Assembly (NCBI GenBank): GCA_951406725.2
Contig: OX597821.1
Span: 70,990,001 to 71,054,000, forward strand
Length of the DNA stretch: 64,000 nucleotides
Reading direction: 5' to 3'
Source of the DNA: Octopus vulgaris
Taxonomy: Eukaryota
Numbering within the stretch: position 1 is the first letter of the stretch; each line of letters opens with the position of its first letter. The notes below the pieces were generated by a model. It saw nothing but the letters and a program-made list of their open reading frames with translations, had not been told where the DNA came from and searched no databases. Positions 30,251 to 42,868 of this stretch are shown piece after piece. Made by a program: the position numbers and the translations under genes.

Positions 30251-30309
30251 TGTATATATATATATATATATATATATACACGAGAAAGAAGCAACAAGAA
30301 TGGATTAGT

Positions 30310-30400
30310 TTTTAGTACAAATGTTTCATACAAAGACAGGCTTTATTACAAGTTGCAAAAATTGCAGCAGATAAAAGTGTCCCGTACTCATCAGCTAAAA
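30310..30400 (-). ncRNA. Type I hammerhead ribozyme, intact core
   Basis: UUUUAG-CUGAUGA-GUACGGGACA...UGUCUUUGUAU-GAAA-CAUUUG-UA-CUAAAA. Stem I 6 bp, GUA cleavage triplet. Confidence 0.88.
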
Positions 30401-31212
30401 TACATATGAGTTCTCCAAACATCTTAGTGGGTGAGGCTATACTCATGAAGTATTGGAGATAATTTCATTAAAGGCAGATTTAGGTTGCAAACAGATTTCC
30501 AAAGTTCCTTAATGATGATGCACAGTCTTATCACAGGTTCTTAAAAGCTTATTAGCTTCACAGAGAAGGTGAATTAATCCGTAGTGTAGATTTAAATTTC
30601 CAGAGATATGAGGATGATGCACAGCCTTATCACAGGTTTTTAAAAACTTATTAGCTTCACAGAAAAGGTGAATTAATCTGTAGTGTAGATTTAAATTTCC
30701 AGAGATATGAGGAGGAATTACATACTCACAGACGATGAATTTATCCATTGTTAATCCACAATCATTTCATGCTATATGATAAGGTATTTGCCACATTACT
30801 GTTCACCACGCAAAACTGCTATGTTATGACTTCTAAAAGCTGAAGGAATTTTTTTGTGGAGCAAAGAAAAGAAAAGAAAGGAAGAAGAAGAACAGAGACA
30901 AGGAAAAAAGAAAATTTAAATCTACACTACGGATTAATTCACCTTTTCTGTGAAGCTAATAAGTTTTTAAAAACCTGTGATTAGTCTGCGCATCATCCTC
31001 CTCATATCTCTGGAAATTTAAATCTACACTACGGATTAATTCACCTTCTCTGTGAAGCTAATAAGCTTTTAAGAACCTGTGATAAGACTGTGCATCATCA
31101 TTAAGGAACTTTGGAAATCTGTTTGCAACCTAAATCTGCCTTTAATGAAATTATCTCCAATACTTCATGAGTATAGCCTCACCCACTAAGATGTTTGGAG
31201 AACTCATATGTA

Positions 31213-31304
31213 TTTTAGCTGATGAGTACGGGACACTTTTATCTGCTGCAATTTTTGCAACTTGTAATAAAGCCTGTCTTTGTATGAAACAATTTGTACA
31301 AAAA
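31213..31304 (+). ncRNA. Type I hammerhead ribozyme, inverted copy of 30310-30400
   Basis: UUUUAG-CUGAUGA-same stem II-GAAA-CAAUUUG-UA-CAAAAA, with one stem I mismatch. Confidence 0.82.
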
Positions 31305-31525
31305 ATTAATCCATTCTTGTTACTTCTTTCTCGTTTATAATCACCCCACATTACTGTATGGTTAACACCATATAGTTTTCTGGTGCATCTAAGTTAAGTA
31401 CCACATTCAAGTAAATTCATTGGAATTGACTTGAATCTTAATTGCTTTGATTGATATATATATATACATATATATATACATATATATACATATATATATA
31501 TACACACACACACATATATATACAG

Positions 31526-31576
<51 letters not shown>

Positions 31577-31585
31577 TATATATAT

Positions 31586-31700
<115 letters not shown>

Positions 31701-31769
31701 CATATATATATATATATAATGAATATATATATGTGCATATATATATATATATATATATAATATTTATTT

Positions 31770-33215
31770 ATACGCACACAATACTGCTATATTGCTTGTG
31801 TCCTACTATTGTTTCCTTTCAATAATTTGCTATGTCCGACTGTTATTTCCTTTTGTATTTCCAGTCGATAACTCACTTCTCTTCTGTTTCGGCCTACACC
31901 GCACATTTATATAACTGTGTAACATTTCTTCAAACCTCTTCTTCATTATAATCTACACCGAGTGTTATTTGTTTCTCTGATCTTCATTAATCTATTATAT
32001 TCAACAATATCCAGCAGTAAAGAAACAGAGCGATATCTCTCACTAAAGAAAAGGTCTCGATGTTTACACTGACGCAACTGATATCTTAAGGCAATGACTT
32101 CACTTGTACCGACCCTTTTCAACTTTTTTTGCATCGATCAAAGAATTAAATCCTCCTAAGCTGGAAATCCTTACGAAACTAATCTCGACGAATGACTTTG
32201 ATATCATATGTGAATGTCAACCATTCAACAAGACCATTGATCTTCATGAAAAACTAATTATAAAGACAAGAGTGAGATGTTTTCTCGTTACCTGTAGAAA
32301 CTTGGTGCGAATCTTTATCGATGCCCTCAAAATTTCAAACTCTCATGAAAGATTACATCTACCAAGCGATGGTTTTTTAAGATGTTCGTGGATGAATCAG
32401 ATTCAAGATGCTTTCCTAAGAAGCTTCAAGTTTCCTCACATCTATCGGCGTCTGCTTTAGCATAGACCTCTAAACTTGCAGATTACTTTTGATTAAGTTC
32501 TAAAATTTAAAAAACACATTAGAACAATCTTCCCCAGAAAAGTCAAAACTAATTCACAGTCAACGAAGATAATACTCCAGTAGTTCCATCCACAACCTAT
32601 GATATTCTGTGGGGAATTCCACTTCAGTGATACAGATCTAAAGTGCAACGATTTCATATAGCAATCTTGCAGTTACCAATTCTTACTACTACAACAATAA
32701 TTGTTACCTGTCAGCTCCTTAGCATCGAATACTGTAACTACTACTAACATTACGCCACTAGTGTCATTGTAGACGATTGCCTTCACAATGACTACTGCCA
32801 TCCACCGCCACCCCTAAACATAATCTCTGCTACCTCTGCCAGCACCTTTGAAGAATGGCTGCTTCTGATACATCGCCCATCACCACTGAAACGGACACTG
32901 CAAGGTCACTTCCCGCACAATGATCAATATGGCACGATCTGTATAAGCTCAGATTTTATTATTCTGCTCACTTCTGACGATGGGCTTTGTACCTGAAATA
33001 TAAAGATCATCAAACTTTCCCCTTTTCAAGTTCTCCGTCTCCATTATTTCGTTATTTTACTTATATATATCTTTATTTTCTCTTATTCCTCTCTGTTGAA
33101 GAGCGTAGTCTTGGAACGTAAAAGACACTTTCGTACTTTGCCGAGCGTCAAACTAATATACTTGCTTGTTGTTCATACACCTGTCTTCGTCATTTGTTTT
33201 TCTATAAATTTCAAC

Positions 33216-33218
<3 letters not shown>
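31770..33218 (+). mobile_element. Degenerate Penelope-related segment with two hammerhead relics
   Basis: CUU-CUGACGA-...-GAAA-UA-UA-AAG at 32971-33005. CUGUUGA-AGAGC...GGAACGUA at about 33093-33120, with a tail resembling 3443-3577. Bounded by (TA)n. Confidence 0.45.
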
Positions 33219-33300
<82 letters not shown>

Positions 33301-33479
33301 ACATACATACATATATACATACGGACGTGTGCGTGTGTGTGTGTGTATATATATACATATACATATATTCACATATAAAGCGTGCGTGTGTGTGTATGCG
33401 TGCGGGCGCGTAGCCTTATTATGAAATGAAATCCTGCCGAGGTTGAAAATGCTTCTCAGTTGCTGCTAAAATAATCACG

Positions 33480-33935
33480 AATCAGCTATTGGGAAATCGA
33501 TTTAATCAGTTACTGGGAGATCGATTTAATCGACTTTTCTTACTTCACCCCACCAACCCCTAGGCCTAAAAAACAAAACCCTGTGACCTTGTACACTAAA
33601 AGCATTTTAAAGACATTCCAAGGGAGTCATTTCCGGTTGTCATTCTCTAGAGTGGACCTCAATTTTGAAATTTGAGCGATTCATCATGAGATTTGCGTAT
33701 TTATTTGTAAAGTTTTCTTCGTACACTAAGTCGAAGACATCAGAAAGAGAGATAATGAGAGAAATTCTTTGGCTGTGAATGGATTAATAAAACTTTTCAT
33801 GGCATATCGCGATACCGAGTATGTATCGCTGAAGAATTTTGCAATTTTCCTTAATGATATTCGGTGATATGGTAAATTATAGAAACTTGATTCCAAATGT
33901 TTTATATGACAGAACACATTTGCGGTTTTACCAAA
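33480..33935 (-). mobile_element. Possible hAT transposase C-terminal relic
   Basis: Y.VSRYAMKSFINPFT-like remnant; weak. Confidence 0.25.
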
Positions 33936-34094
33936 ATAACTAAACACACATACAACACACACATACACGCACACACACACACACATACACAAACACACAC
34001 ATACATATACAGGCAAACATAAATGCATTGCAAATGTAAGTATATACATATATTTTAGATATATGAACCAACCAACGGGCAGACAGTTATATTA

Positions 34095-34171
<77 letters not shown>

Positions 34172-34506
34172 CTTTTACTTGTTTCAGTCATTTGACTGCG
34201 GCCATGCTGGAGCACCTCCTTTAATCGAGCAACTCGACCCCGGGACTTATTCTTTTGTAAGCCCAGTACTTATTCTATCGGTCTCTTTTGCCGAACCGCT
34301 AAGTAACGGGGACATAAACACACCAGCATCGGTTGTCAAGCAAATCCAGGGGGACAAATACACACACGCATATATATATATACATATATACGACGGGCTT
34401 CTTTCAGTTTCCGTCTACCAAATCCACTCACAATGCTTTTAGTAGAAGACACCTGCCCAAGGTGCCACGCAGTGGGACTGAACCCGGAACCACAGCCACT
34501 CCTGCG

Positions 34507-34561
<55 letters not shown>

Positions 34562-34815
34562 AAACATTTTTATCGGTAAACTTGTTGTCTGGGAGATTTT
34601 CTTATGGTAGAGAAATGGCTATTTTTTACTGTTATTTCAAATTTTCGGTATATGGTGAAGCAAATTTTTGGCTGAACCCTAATTATAATTATACTCATAA
34701 TTATAAAAAAATTCTGTATTAGGTTAGCTATAATGGTTCTTTAAACATACCGAACTACTTGGTAAAATTATTAATCATTAATTGATTAATTAATTTTACC
34801 CTTTATTATTATTAT

Positions 34816-35014
<199 letters not shown>

Positions 35015-35651
35015 CGGAGAGAAAGAGCGATTTTCTCTAGTTTGCAAAACAGCGCAGCAGACCGGTATTACTGGTGCTAATATTGGCATAAGGGCGCCGG
35101 ATGACAAACATTACCATTGTCTTTTGTTTAATAACAGACTGTCAGGATTTTACGATGAATGTGATACGAATACAAGAAATGGAAAGACAAAGGGAAAGAG
35201 AGTGAGAAAGAGAGATTGGCAGGTAGATAAATAGACACACAGTCAGTATACATATTACACGCGTATTTATATACATATATATATTTACATGTATGTATGT
35301 ATGTATGTATATGTGTGTCCCACTGCCCGCCTAAAAGAATCTGTCTCTAATGTCATTTTCTTGTAACTGACACATAAAATTTTAACAAACGACATAATTT
35401 AATGACAGATAGCATCTTTAGCATCTGAGAGATGCTGTCTGTGGAATTGGTACCAAGGAACCACCATTATTATTATCTCAGCAGTTCAGAGGTGGTACAT
35501 TAGGGATTATACGACACATAGAATCATAACAACATTGGAACTAAATTTGTTTTCTTCTGTTTAAGGATGTGTATTTGTGTTGTGTGTCTGTGTGCATACA
35601 TCTACATAAGGACAATACAATGGAGAAAATGACTGTGAGCGTGTGTGTGTG

Positions 35652-35698
<47 letters not shown>

Positions 35699-35855
35699 GC
35701 ACACACACGAACACACAATTTCCTTTACTGCCTCTCTCCATTCCATTTCCTTCCTACCTGGTTCATTTATATCTCTCTATTCATCTAAATCCAAACGGTC
35801 TTTTTTGTAATACACACACACACATACACATGATATATATATATACATACATACT

Positions 35856-35897
<42 letters not shown>

Positions 35898-35939
35898 TAT
35901 ATTTATATATGTATATATACACATACTTGCATAAATATA

Positions 35940-35972
<33 letters not shown>

Positions 35973-36499
35973 GCATGTATATATGTTTGTATATGTGTGT
36001 GTGTTTGTATATATGTATGCATGCATGTATGTGTATAATTTTTGCTGCCCCGGAAGCGACTGTTTTTGTGTACTATTTTTGTCTGCTGAAACCGCCTGAA
36101 ATATGTGACGTGGTTCCTGTCAAGAACTGTCAACCGTGCCCACCACCAAGTTAGGTGTTCATTTCAGATTTGTCAGATAAACTATGCTGCTGACAAAATA
36201 AGTAGACATGTATATATTAGAAAGAGAGACACACAGACAGACAGTCAAACAGGCAGATAACTGGCTGAAATCCAAACACAGCTATTACAAGGTAGACCTT
36301 CCCCCCCACACACACACACATTTATATGAGAGAAAGTATCGTGTTGACCTACACTTTAGTGCGACTGAAACCATCTTGAATGTTAGATATTCCCATCAAA
36401 GTGCGACCAGCGAGATTCAGACATAGGATGCGGTCACGATGTTTAAAGTCTTTTAGTGATACAAGTAAAAAAAAAACAAGAATCCAAATTCAAGAATAC

Positions 36500-37330
36500 A
36501 AAAAATATGAATTTATCAAAGTGATTTAGGAAGTGTTAATAAAACGATCTTCGAGAGAATGTTGGTATAAAGCATTATGGATCGGAGAATCTTGAGAATG
36601 GCACAAACCACGAAGGAATCATGACATCAAAAAGAAAAACATCGTCAGATGTATCAGCTTCCATTTCAGTGAATATGACCCTGCTGTAAATCACAATTTC
36701 CATATAAAAGTTATTCAGTTCGCCAAATTAAACACAACCAACACATAACGATGATCTGTTTGTCAATGAAGAGCAACATACATAGCAAGAGAAAGTTCCT
36801 GGTCAGCAGGGATACTTTCTAAGTTAAGAAAGACAAAGACAGAACGAGTGATTTTGATGCGACTATGAGTAACTTTGATTGGTCTTGAAATATATGGAAA
36901 ACATCCGTGTGGTTTCGAACAGCTCCACTTGGTGTTGCCCTTACAAAACGAATCATGATGTCATTCATCAAATAAAGTCTGAGAGGCGTCAATCGAAGAG
37001 AAAATTGCAAGATTTCGCGTTACGTTTAAACCTGAAATCATACAAACTGTTATACTTAACTCGAAATCATATGAAACCGAAGAGTATTTCTTTAAATGGC
37101 CATAAATTTCCCCAGCAATTCAGCAAGACAATGTAGAAATGAGTTAGAGGTGCATAAAGATATTCAGTGTCGTTAAAAGTCACAATTCTGAACAGATTTC
37201 AGTTAAATCAAGATTAAGAGGATTTGCCAAGATATGCGTTTCCATACTTTAAAAGATGTCTGGAGAAGAAATTTCACGCTTCAGTTAATAATACACAAGC
37301 CCTCAGTCAAATATCTGCGCTAATGCAGTA
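36500..37330 (+). mobile_element. Very degenerate Penelope-like RT relic, similar in type to 28585-30250
   Basis: Fragments VKKDKDRTSDFDATMSNFD and LNLKSYKL resemble WVRKDTPDSFDIPMGSSD and LNLHSDSY. Confidence 0.4.
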
Positions 37331-38078
37331 CTATTTTGAATAGAACGGTTAACTGTCCTGGATCTGCAACCCATTGATGGTGCAGAAACTGGGACAATAA
37401 GACAAACGGCGCCGGTTGAAAATTCAGTGGTGACAAGAAACGTAACTTAAGGGTTTTCTGGTTGAAAGGGCTGGGCAAGAGTAGAGGCAGACAACCATAA
37501 TTGCAGACCTCCGAAGCGACTGTTCTCAGAGTACCACCAGTCGGAGATTCGGGGATAATAAAAGAAATCATTGTGCTCTCAATGTCCGTAGCCGATAACA
37601 AGAATCCCTTGTCTCTGGTCACAACCAACAGAACCTCCCTATCGTTTTGTCGTCTTGTGATGATGGTGGGGCGCGATGTAGGATGGACAGCGGTGGGAGA
37701 GAGAAACACATACACACACACAAATAATAAATCCAAGTAGAAAACCATGAAGACAGGCAAACAGAAGCCCGTCTCTCAAGTTCACAGACCTATGAATGGC
37801 TGACGAAGGTGAAATGGACGATTTGAATGAACACAGAGGAAAACTATAGAAAAGAAGACAATGTGGCAAGGCTTTGGCTGTGTGGAACATGCAAGGACCG
37901 ACAAATACGTAAGAGTCTACCAGGAGACGACGGTTGTTTTTAGTCCACTCTAACACTTGAGTGACTCAGAACTAAACATTTTGAGTACATTAAGAGTACA
38001 TAGTAACGGAGCATGATCTCAGTTGTGGAGTGCTCTGATCAAATCTAGGTGGCAGCTCTGCAGGTAGGTGGGTTGCCT

Positions 38079-38572
38079 ATATATGCAATTAGCAATAACA
38101 CTGTATAACGATTTTTTTTTGTCTTTGGTCAGTAAGTGTCATTTCCTTTTTGCTTCTATCTAGAAATCAAAGCAAATTACTACTATTCCCTTCAAACTTT
38201 GCTTTTGTCACCTGGACATCGATGACCTATTTTCCCATTACATTTCACTGAGTTGCTGAAGCAGAAATATTGTTATAGCAAATATTCTGCTCAGTACCAC
38301 AGATTTGCTCGTCAATTGATTGAGCTTAAACCACCTGAACATGTCCCTTAGTAGCTAACAATATATGCACCTCTGATCACGAGACGTAGTGGGGGAGCAT
38401 CATAGCTATGTGTTGAGATGATTCTTTGGGGTTTGAATAAATGTAACAAAAGCAAAGTTTGAAGGAAATATTAGCCATTTTTCATACTTTCTAGGGGTCA
38501 ACAACTATAAAATAACAATTGCTATCCAAGGACAAAATTCATGTTATACAGTGTGATATTTCAACTGAGATA
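38079..38572. mobile_element. MITE with imperfect TIRs of about 130 bp
   Basis: cactgtataac/gttatacagtg and ccttcaaactttgcttttgt/acaaaagcaaagtttgaagg. Confidence 0.65.
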
Positions 38573-39915
38573 GCACAACAGTAAACTGATGTTTAGGACT
38601 TCGTGTAAATCCTAATACAACCAAATTTCAATCGATTATTAAAGCTTATTTATCCCCCAATTGTCATTTGATACATTTGAATATTTTACTGTTATATATT
38701 TGTATGTAGAATAAAACATGGCGGTTTGTTTAGTGTGTGTAATAACAGCATTTACACTATCTTCTCTGTTTCATTATTCTACTCTCAGATAGATACAAGA
38801 CCTTTTTTAACCCAGTATCTCTTGTGTTTGGGTTTTGTCCCAATTTTCCGTCTATTCTCCACTTTCTAATCCCTTCTTTTTACCATATCCCTAAGTTTCA
38901 GTTTCTTTTTGCATATTTCTCTCCTATTTTCTGTAATTTCCACCTCCCTTACATTAAGCTTATTTTTAATTTACTTATTTATGTATTTTATTGGTTTATT
39001 TTTCTGTGACACTCATTTGCCCTATTAATTTTAATTTTAATTCCATCTTAATTTTTATTACTTGCAACATTATATTTCTGATAAGGTTTGTTGTCATTTT
39101 CTGAAATTTTGATCTTTGTTTCCATGAGGAAAAATGAATTACATCATCCAGTTCAGAATTTTAATTCAACTCATCTCAGTGTTTTTTTGTTTTTTTTTTG
39201 CAATGGCCAATCATTTTCATCCATTATTTCAAAAGGAATTGCCTGACACAGCTTTAAATGTTTGTTCAATGAGTTGGTAATCATGAATGCTTTTAAACCA
39301 TCACAACACTCACGACTGTCTGATGATTGGTTTCATAAAATTCCGAGTAATAATTTGTGAAGTCTTTTCAAATTAAAATGTTATTTTACTCTTCCTTTGG
39401 TATTTGAATGCTTTTTTTCTACCTTGTTTCCACCCCAATTACTCAAACATGCATGTGTGTGGTGTGTATATATATATATATATATATATAGGGTTAAGCA
39501 ACAAGTTGCTTAGCCACATACCGAAAATTTAGAAATAGCAGTAGAAATATATCCCCACATATAACATTCACTTGTAACTCACATATGCAAAAAGAAGGTA
39601 AAATAATGAAAACAAACAGTCTTCGGTCAGTTGTGGACGCATTTCTGGGTTAGAATTATAAAGAACTCATTCCTGTCCTCAGTACAACAATCCAATAGAT
39701 TATAGATTTGCAAATGCTATTTACCTACCTCTTGCATCCTGACTCCGTGCCATCAGAGATAGCAGAAGATAGTCAGCACAAACCAAATCCATATAGACGA
39801 ATGAATTCGTATTTTCCCTCCAAGATTACCATGTGTTACAAAATAGTCCCGCAGAAAGAGAACTGCGGTTTGTTATAAGGGAGTGAAAAAATAATAATAA
39901 ATAATAATAAAATTA

Positions 39916-39977
<62 letters not shown>

Positions 39978-40458
39978 TGGATTCTCCTATCAAGTTTAAC
40001 GTGTAAGGATCCATCAGCAGATTTTCTTTCTTTTCAGTTCTCCAGTCTACGTTTCTTAGGAGACTTTAATCCAGCAAAAAGATAAACAGAGAAATCCACA
40101 AATTGAACATAAGAAAGGATTGTTACATAAAGCAACTGACATGCTACTTTGAGACTTCTTCTTTGCCCTCAATCCTTTAACACAATCCAGATGGCTAAAT
40201 TCATAGGGTATACATTATGTGTGTATGTGTGCATGTTACATATACATTCTTTTTGCAAATATTTTAAATTTCATTTTCATTTACACAAACGTTTTTCCAC
40301 TTCACAAAGCCTTTCTTTATCCTTGCAAGCTTTTTTTAAAAATTACTATAACATTAAAAAAAATATATAACATTATATAACATATGACCTCAAGTTCTGA
40401 AAGTAGGACATATTTTAAGCTTTCTCAGATTTTAAACTATTTTAATCGATTTATTTGT

Positions 40459-40542
40459 ACCTCTGATGAGAGAAATGCGACTATTTGTATCGTCTGGAAA
40501 ACTTGCCAAATACAAACGCACAGCTCGAAACAATCCTAAGGT
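40459..40542 (+). ncRNA. Type I hammerhead ribozyme
   Basis: ACCU-CUGAUGA-GAG[UGCG/CGCA, UUUGUAU/AUACAAA]CUC-GAAA-CAAUCC-UA-AGGU. The stem III palindrome is decayed. Confidence 0.72.
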
Positions 40543-41068
40543 TTTGTAATACTGCTTTTCTTTGGATTGTAATACTGGAGCGCCTGAAACCTAACATTTC
40601 AATGAATTTTCTATGTATTTTGTATTTCCTTCGAAAATCTGTCATCCACTTTGAATTTTGTTATATATATATATATAACGATGATGATGATGATGATATC
40701 ATCATCATCATCATCGTTTAACATCCGTTTTCCATTCTGGCATGGGTTGGATGGTTTGACAGGGGTCTGGGAAGCCAAGAGGCTGCACCCGATCCCAATC
40801 TGATCAGGCGGTGTTTCTACAGCTGGATGCCCTTCCTAACGCCAACCACTCCAAGAGTGTAGTAGGTGCTTTTTATGTGCCACTGGCATGAAAGCCAGTC
40901 AAAGTGGCACTGGCATAAGCCACATTCGGATGGTGCTTTTTACGTGCTACTGGCATTTCCATTTGATTTGATTTTGATACTGCTGTTGATGTACTCGACT
41001 CAATCGGTCTCCTCAAGCACGGCACATATATATATATATATATATACAAATAATTATAGTTATGGTAT

Positions 41069-41404
41069 GTTGTCAACTTAATGTGGCAGTCCTATGAAAG
41101 GGAAGAATGCTACTGCTATTTAGCTCCAGGAAACACTGTTTCCTATTGGACTTGACACATTTCCTGTGTCGTTATGTTTACAAAGGGGGAGATAAGCACC
41201 TCCACCCAGCAAAGCCAGCACCCACAGACTAGTTTCAGAGTCATTGCTCATCATCAGTCTGGAGTAGCATGGCTTGCTAGCTCTCCCATTTGAAAACATA
41301 AGGACACAGGAAATGTGTCAAGGCGAACAGGAAACGGTGTTTCCTAGGGCTAAATAGCAGTAGCATTCTTCTCTTTCCTGGGACTGCCACATTAAGTTGG
41401 CAAC
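41069..41404. mobile_element. Fold-back element: inverted arms of about 130 bp (41069-41198 / 41275-41404) around the hammerhead
   Basis: caacttaatgtggcagtcc...gacacatttcctgtgtc is mirrored by gacacaggaaatgtgtc...ggactgccacattaagttg. Confidence 0.75.
41222..41262 (-). ncRNA. Minimal type I hammerhead ribozyme
   Basis: CCAGA-CUGAUGA-UGAG(CAAUGA)CUCU-GAAA-CUAG-UC-UGUGG. Palindromic ACUAGU, GUC site, one stem I mismatch. Confidence 0.78.
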
Positions 41405-41471
41405 AAATCAAGATTTTATTGTGCTGCTACTTATAAATCTCTCTGAGAAATTTAGAAATATATTATTTCTA

Positions 41472-42868
41472 TCATCATCATCATCCTCATTTAACGTCCG
41501 TTTTCCATGCTGGCATGGGTTGGACGGTTCGACCAGGGTCTGGGAAGCCAGGAGGCTGCACCAGGCTCCAGTCTGATCTGGCAGTCTTTCTACAGCTGGA
41601 TGCCCTTCCTAATGCCAACCACTCCATGAGTGTAGTGGGTGCTTTTTACGTACCACCGGCACAGGTTCCAGGAGAGACAGGCAGCGGCCACGATCCGTTG
41701 GTGCTTTTTACGCGCCACCAGCACTGAAGCCAGTCAAGGTGGTGCTGGCATCGGCCACATTCGGATGGTGCTTTTTACCTGCCACTGGCACAGGTATCAC
41801 AACTACAATTTCCATTTGATTTTTATTTTGATGTTGATGCACAGCAGGTCGCCCTACAATCCAAGATACCTTTTGATGTTGATGCACAGCAGGTCGTCCT
41901 GCGTTCCAAGATACCTTGGATGGGCTGGGGCTGCTATGTGAAGCTGGTGCAGGAAACAGCCATGAACTCACGTTATTTGTCAGGTCTTCTCTGTCACAGC
42001 ATATCTCCAGAGGTCTCGCTCTTTCATCATTGCCTCTGTGAGGCCCAACGTTCGATGGTCATACTTCACTACCTCATCCCATGTCTTCCTGGGTCTACCT
42101 CTACCCCGGATTCCTTCAACTGTTTGGGAGTGGCACTTCTTCACACATCTCTCCTCATCCATCTGCAGTACATGACCATGCCAGAGCAAACGTCTCTCTT
42201 GCACGCCACATCTAATGCTTCTTATGTCCAGCATTTCTCTCAGGGCACTTACACTCTGTTGTGTATGCACACTGACATTACACATCCAGCAGATCATGCT
42301 AGCTTCATTTCTTTCAAGCCTACGCATGTTATCTGTAGTCACAGCCCATGTTTCACTGCTGCGAAGCATGGCAGTTGGCACACATACGTCGTACAATCTA
42401 CCTTTCACTCTGAGCGAGAAACCCTTTGTCACCAGTAGGGGTAGAAGCTTTCTAAACTTTGCCCAGGCTATTCGTATTCTAGTGGTGACACTCTCTGAGC
42501 ATCCACCACCACTACTAACTTGGTCACCTAGGTAGCGGAAACTATCAACTACTTCTAGTTTCTCCCCCTGGAGTGTGATGGAATCTGTTTTCTGAGTGTC
42601 TGTGGTACCTATTGCGCCTCTGCATCTGCCACACTCGAAAGCAATCTTCTCAGCTAATTTCCTCTGATGTTGCTGCACCTCATGTCTATAGTTTACACTG
42701 GATGCATCTTGTGGATTCTCTACCTACACCTTTTCTACAGATCAAGCAGGGCCACCCTACCTGAGGGTGTGTGTGATGAGTTCACCTTCCTACTTACTAT
42801 AACTTTGGTCTTTGCTACATTTACTCTGAGGCCTTTTGATTCTAAACCTAGCTTCCACACCCGAAATT
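41472..42868 (-). mobile_element. RTE/BovB-like LINE, 3' part
   Basis: ORF 41980..42678 (VVDSFRYLG, RIRIAWAKF, WHGHVLQM, RGRGRPRKTW), 3'UTR and (GAT)n tail. Confidence 0.9.

Larger units (their letters stand above)
28108..30251 (-). mobile_element. 5'-truncated Penelope-like element (RT + C-terminal GIY-YIG; resembles the Hydra clade) inserted in (TA)n
   Basis: RT motifs FIQFDISNFY, FDIPMGS and GLYRDD; GIY-YIG SIYQC...FYIGST...KRISIH; C-terminal CLLCNSE...RCKH in the next frame, stop at 28585-28587. (TA)n on both sides and a hammerhead in the 3' pLTR. Confidence 0.92.
30280..31390. mobile_element. Inverted pair of Penelope-like pLTR segments (arms about 30282-30720 and 30913-31335) between (TA)n tracts
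   Basis: Near-identical arms of about 420 bp, each with a hammerhead and an internal duplicated unit of about 80 bp. Confidence 0.8.

Noticed and set aside
38708-38792. AACATGGCGG followed by a 24-aa hydrophobic ORF
   Set aside because: Stops quickly, has no splice donor, and has no other support.
39075-39115. CUGAUAA...GAAA motif, and similarly CUGGAUGA...GAAA near 19085-19123
   Set aside because: Core mismatches and no convincing stems.
41560-41640. Twister ribozyme near the GGAAGGGCAUCC motif of RTE tails
   Set aside because: Twister core residues (UAA...GUCCCAAGCCC...GGAGGG) are not present.
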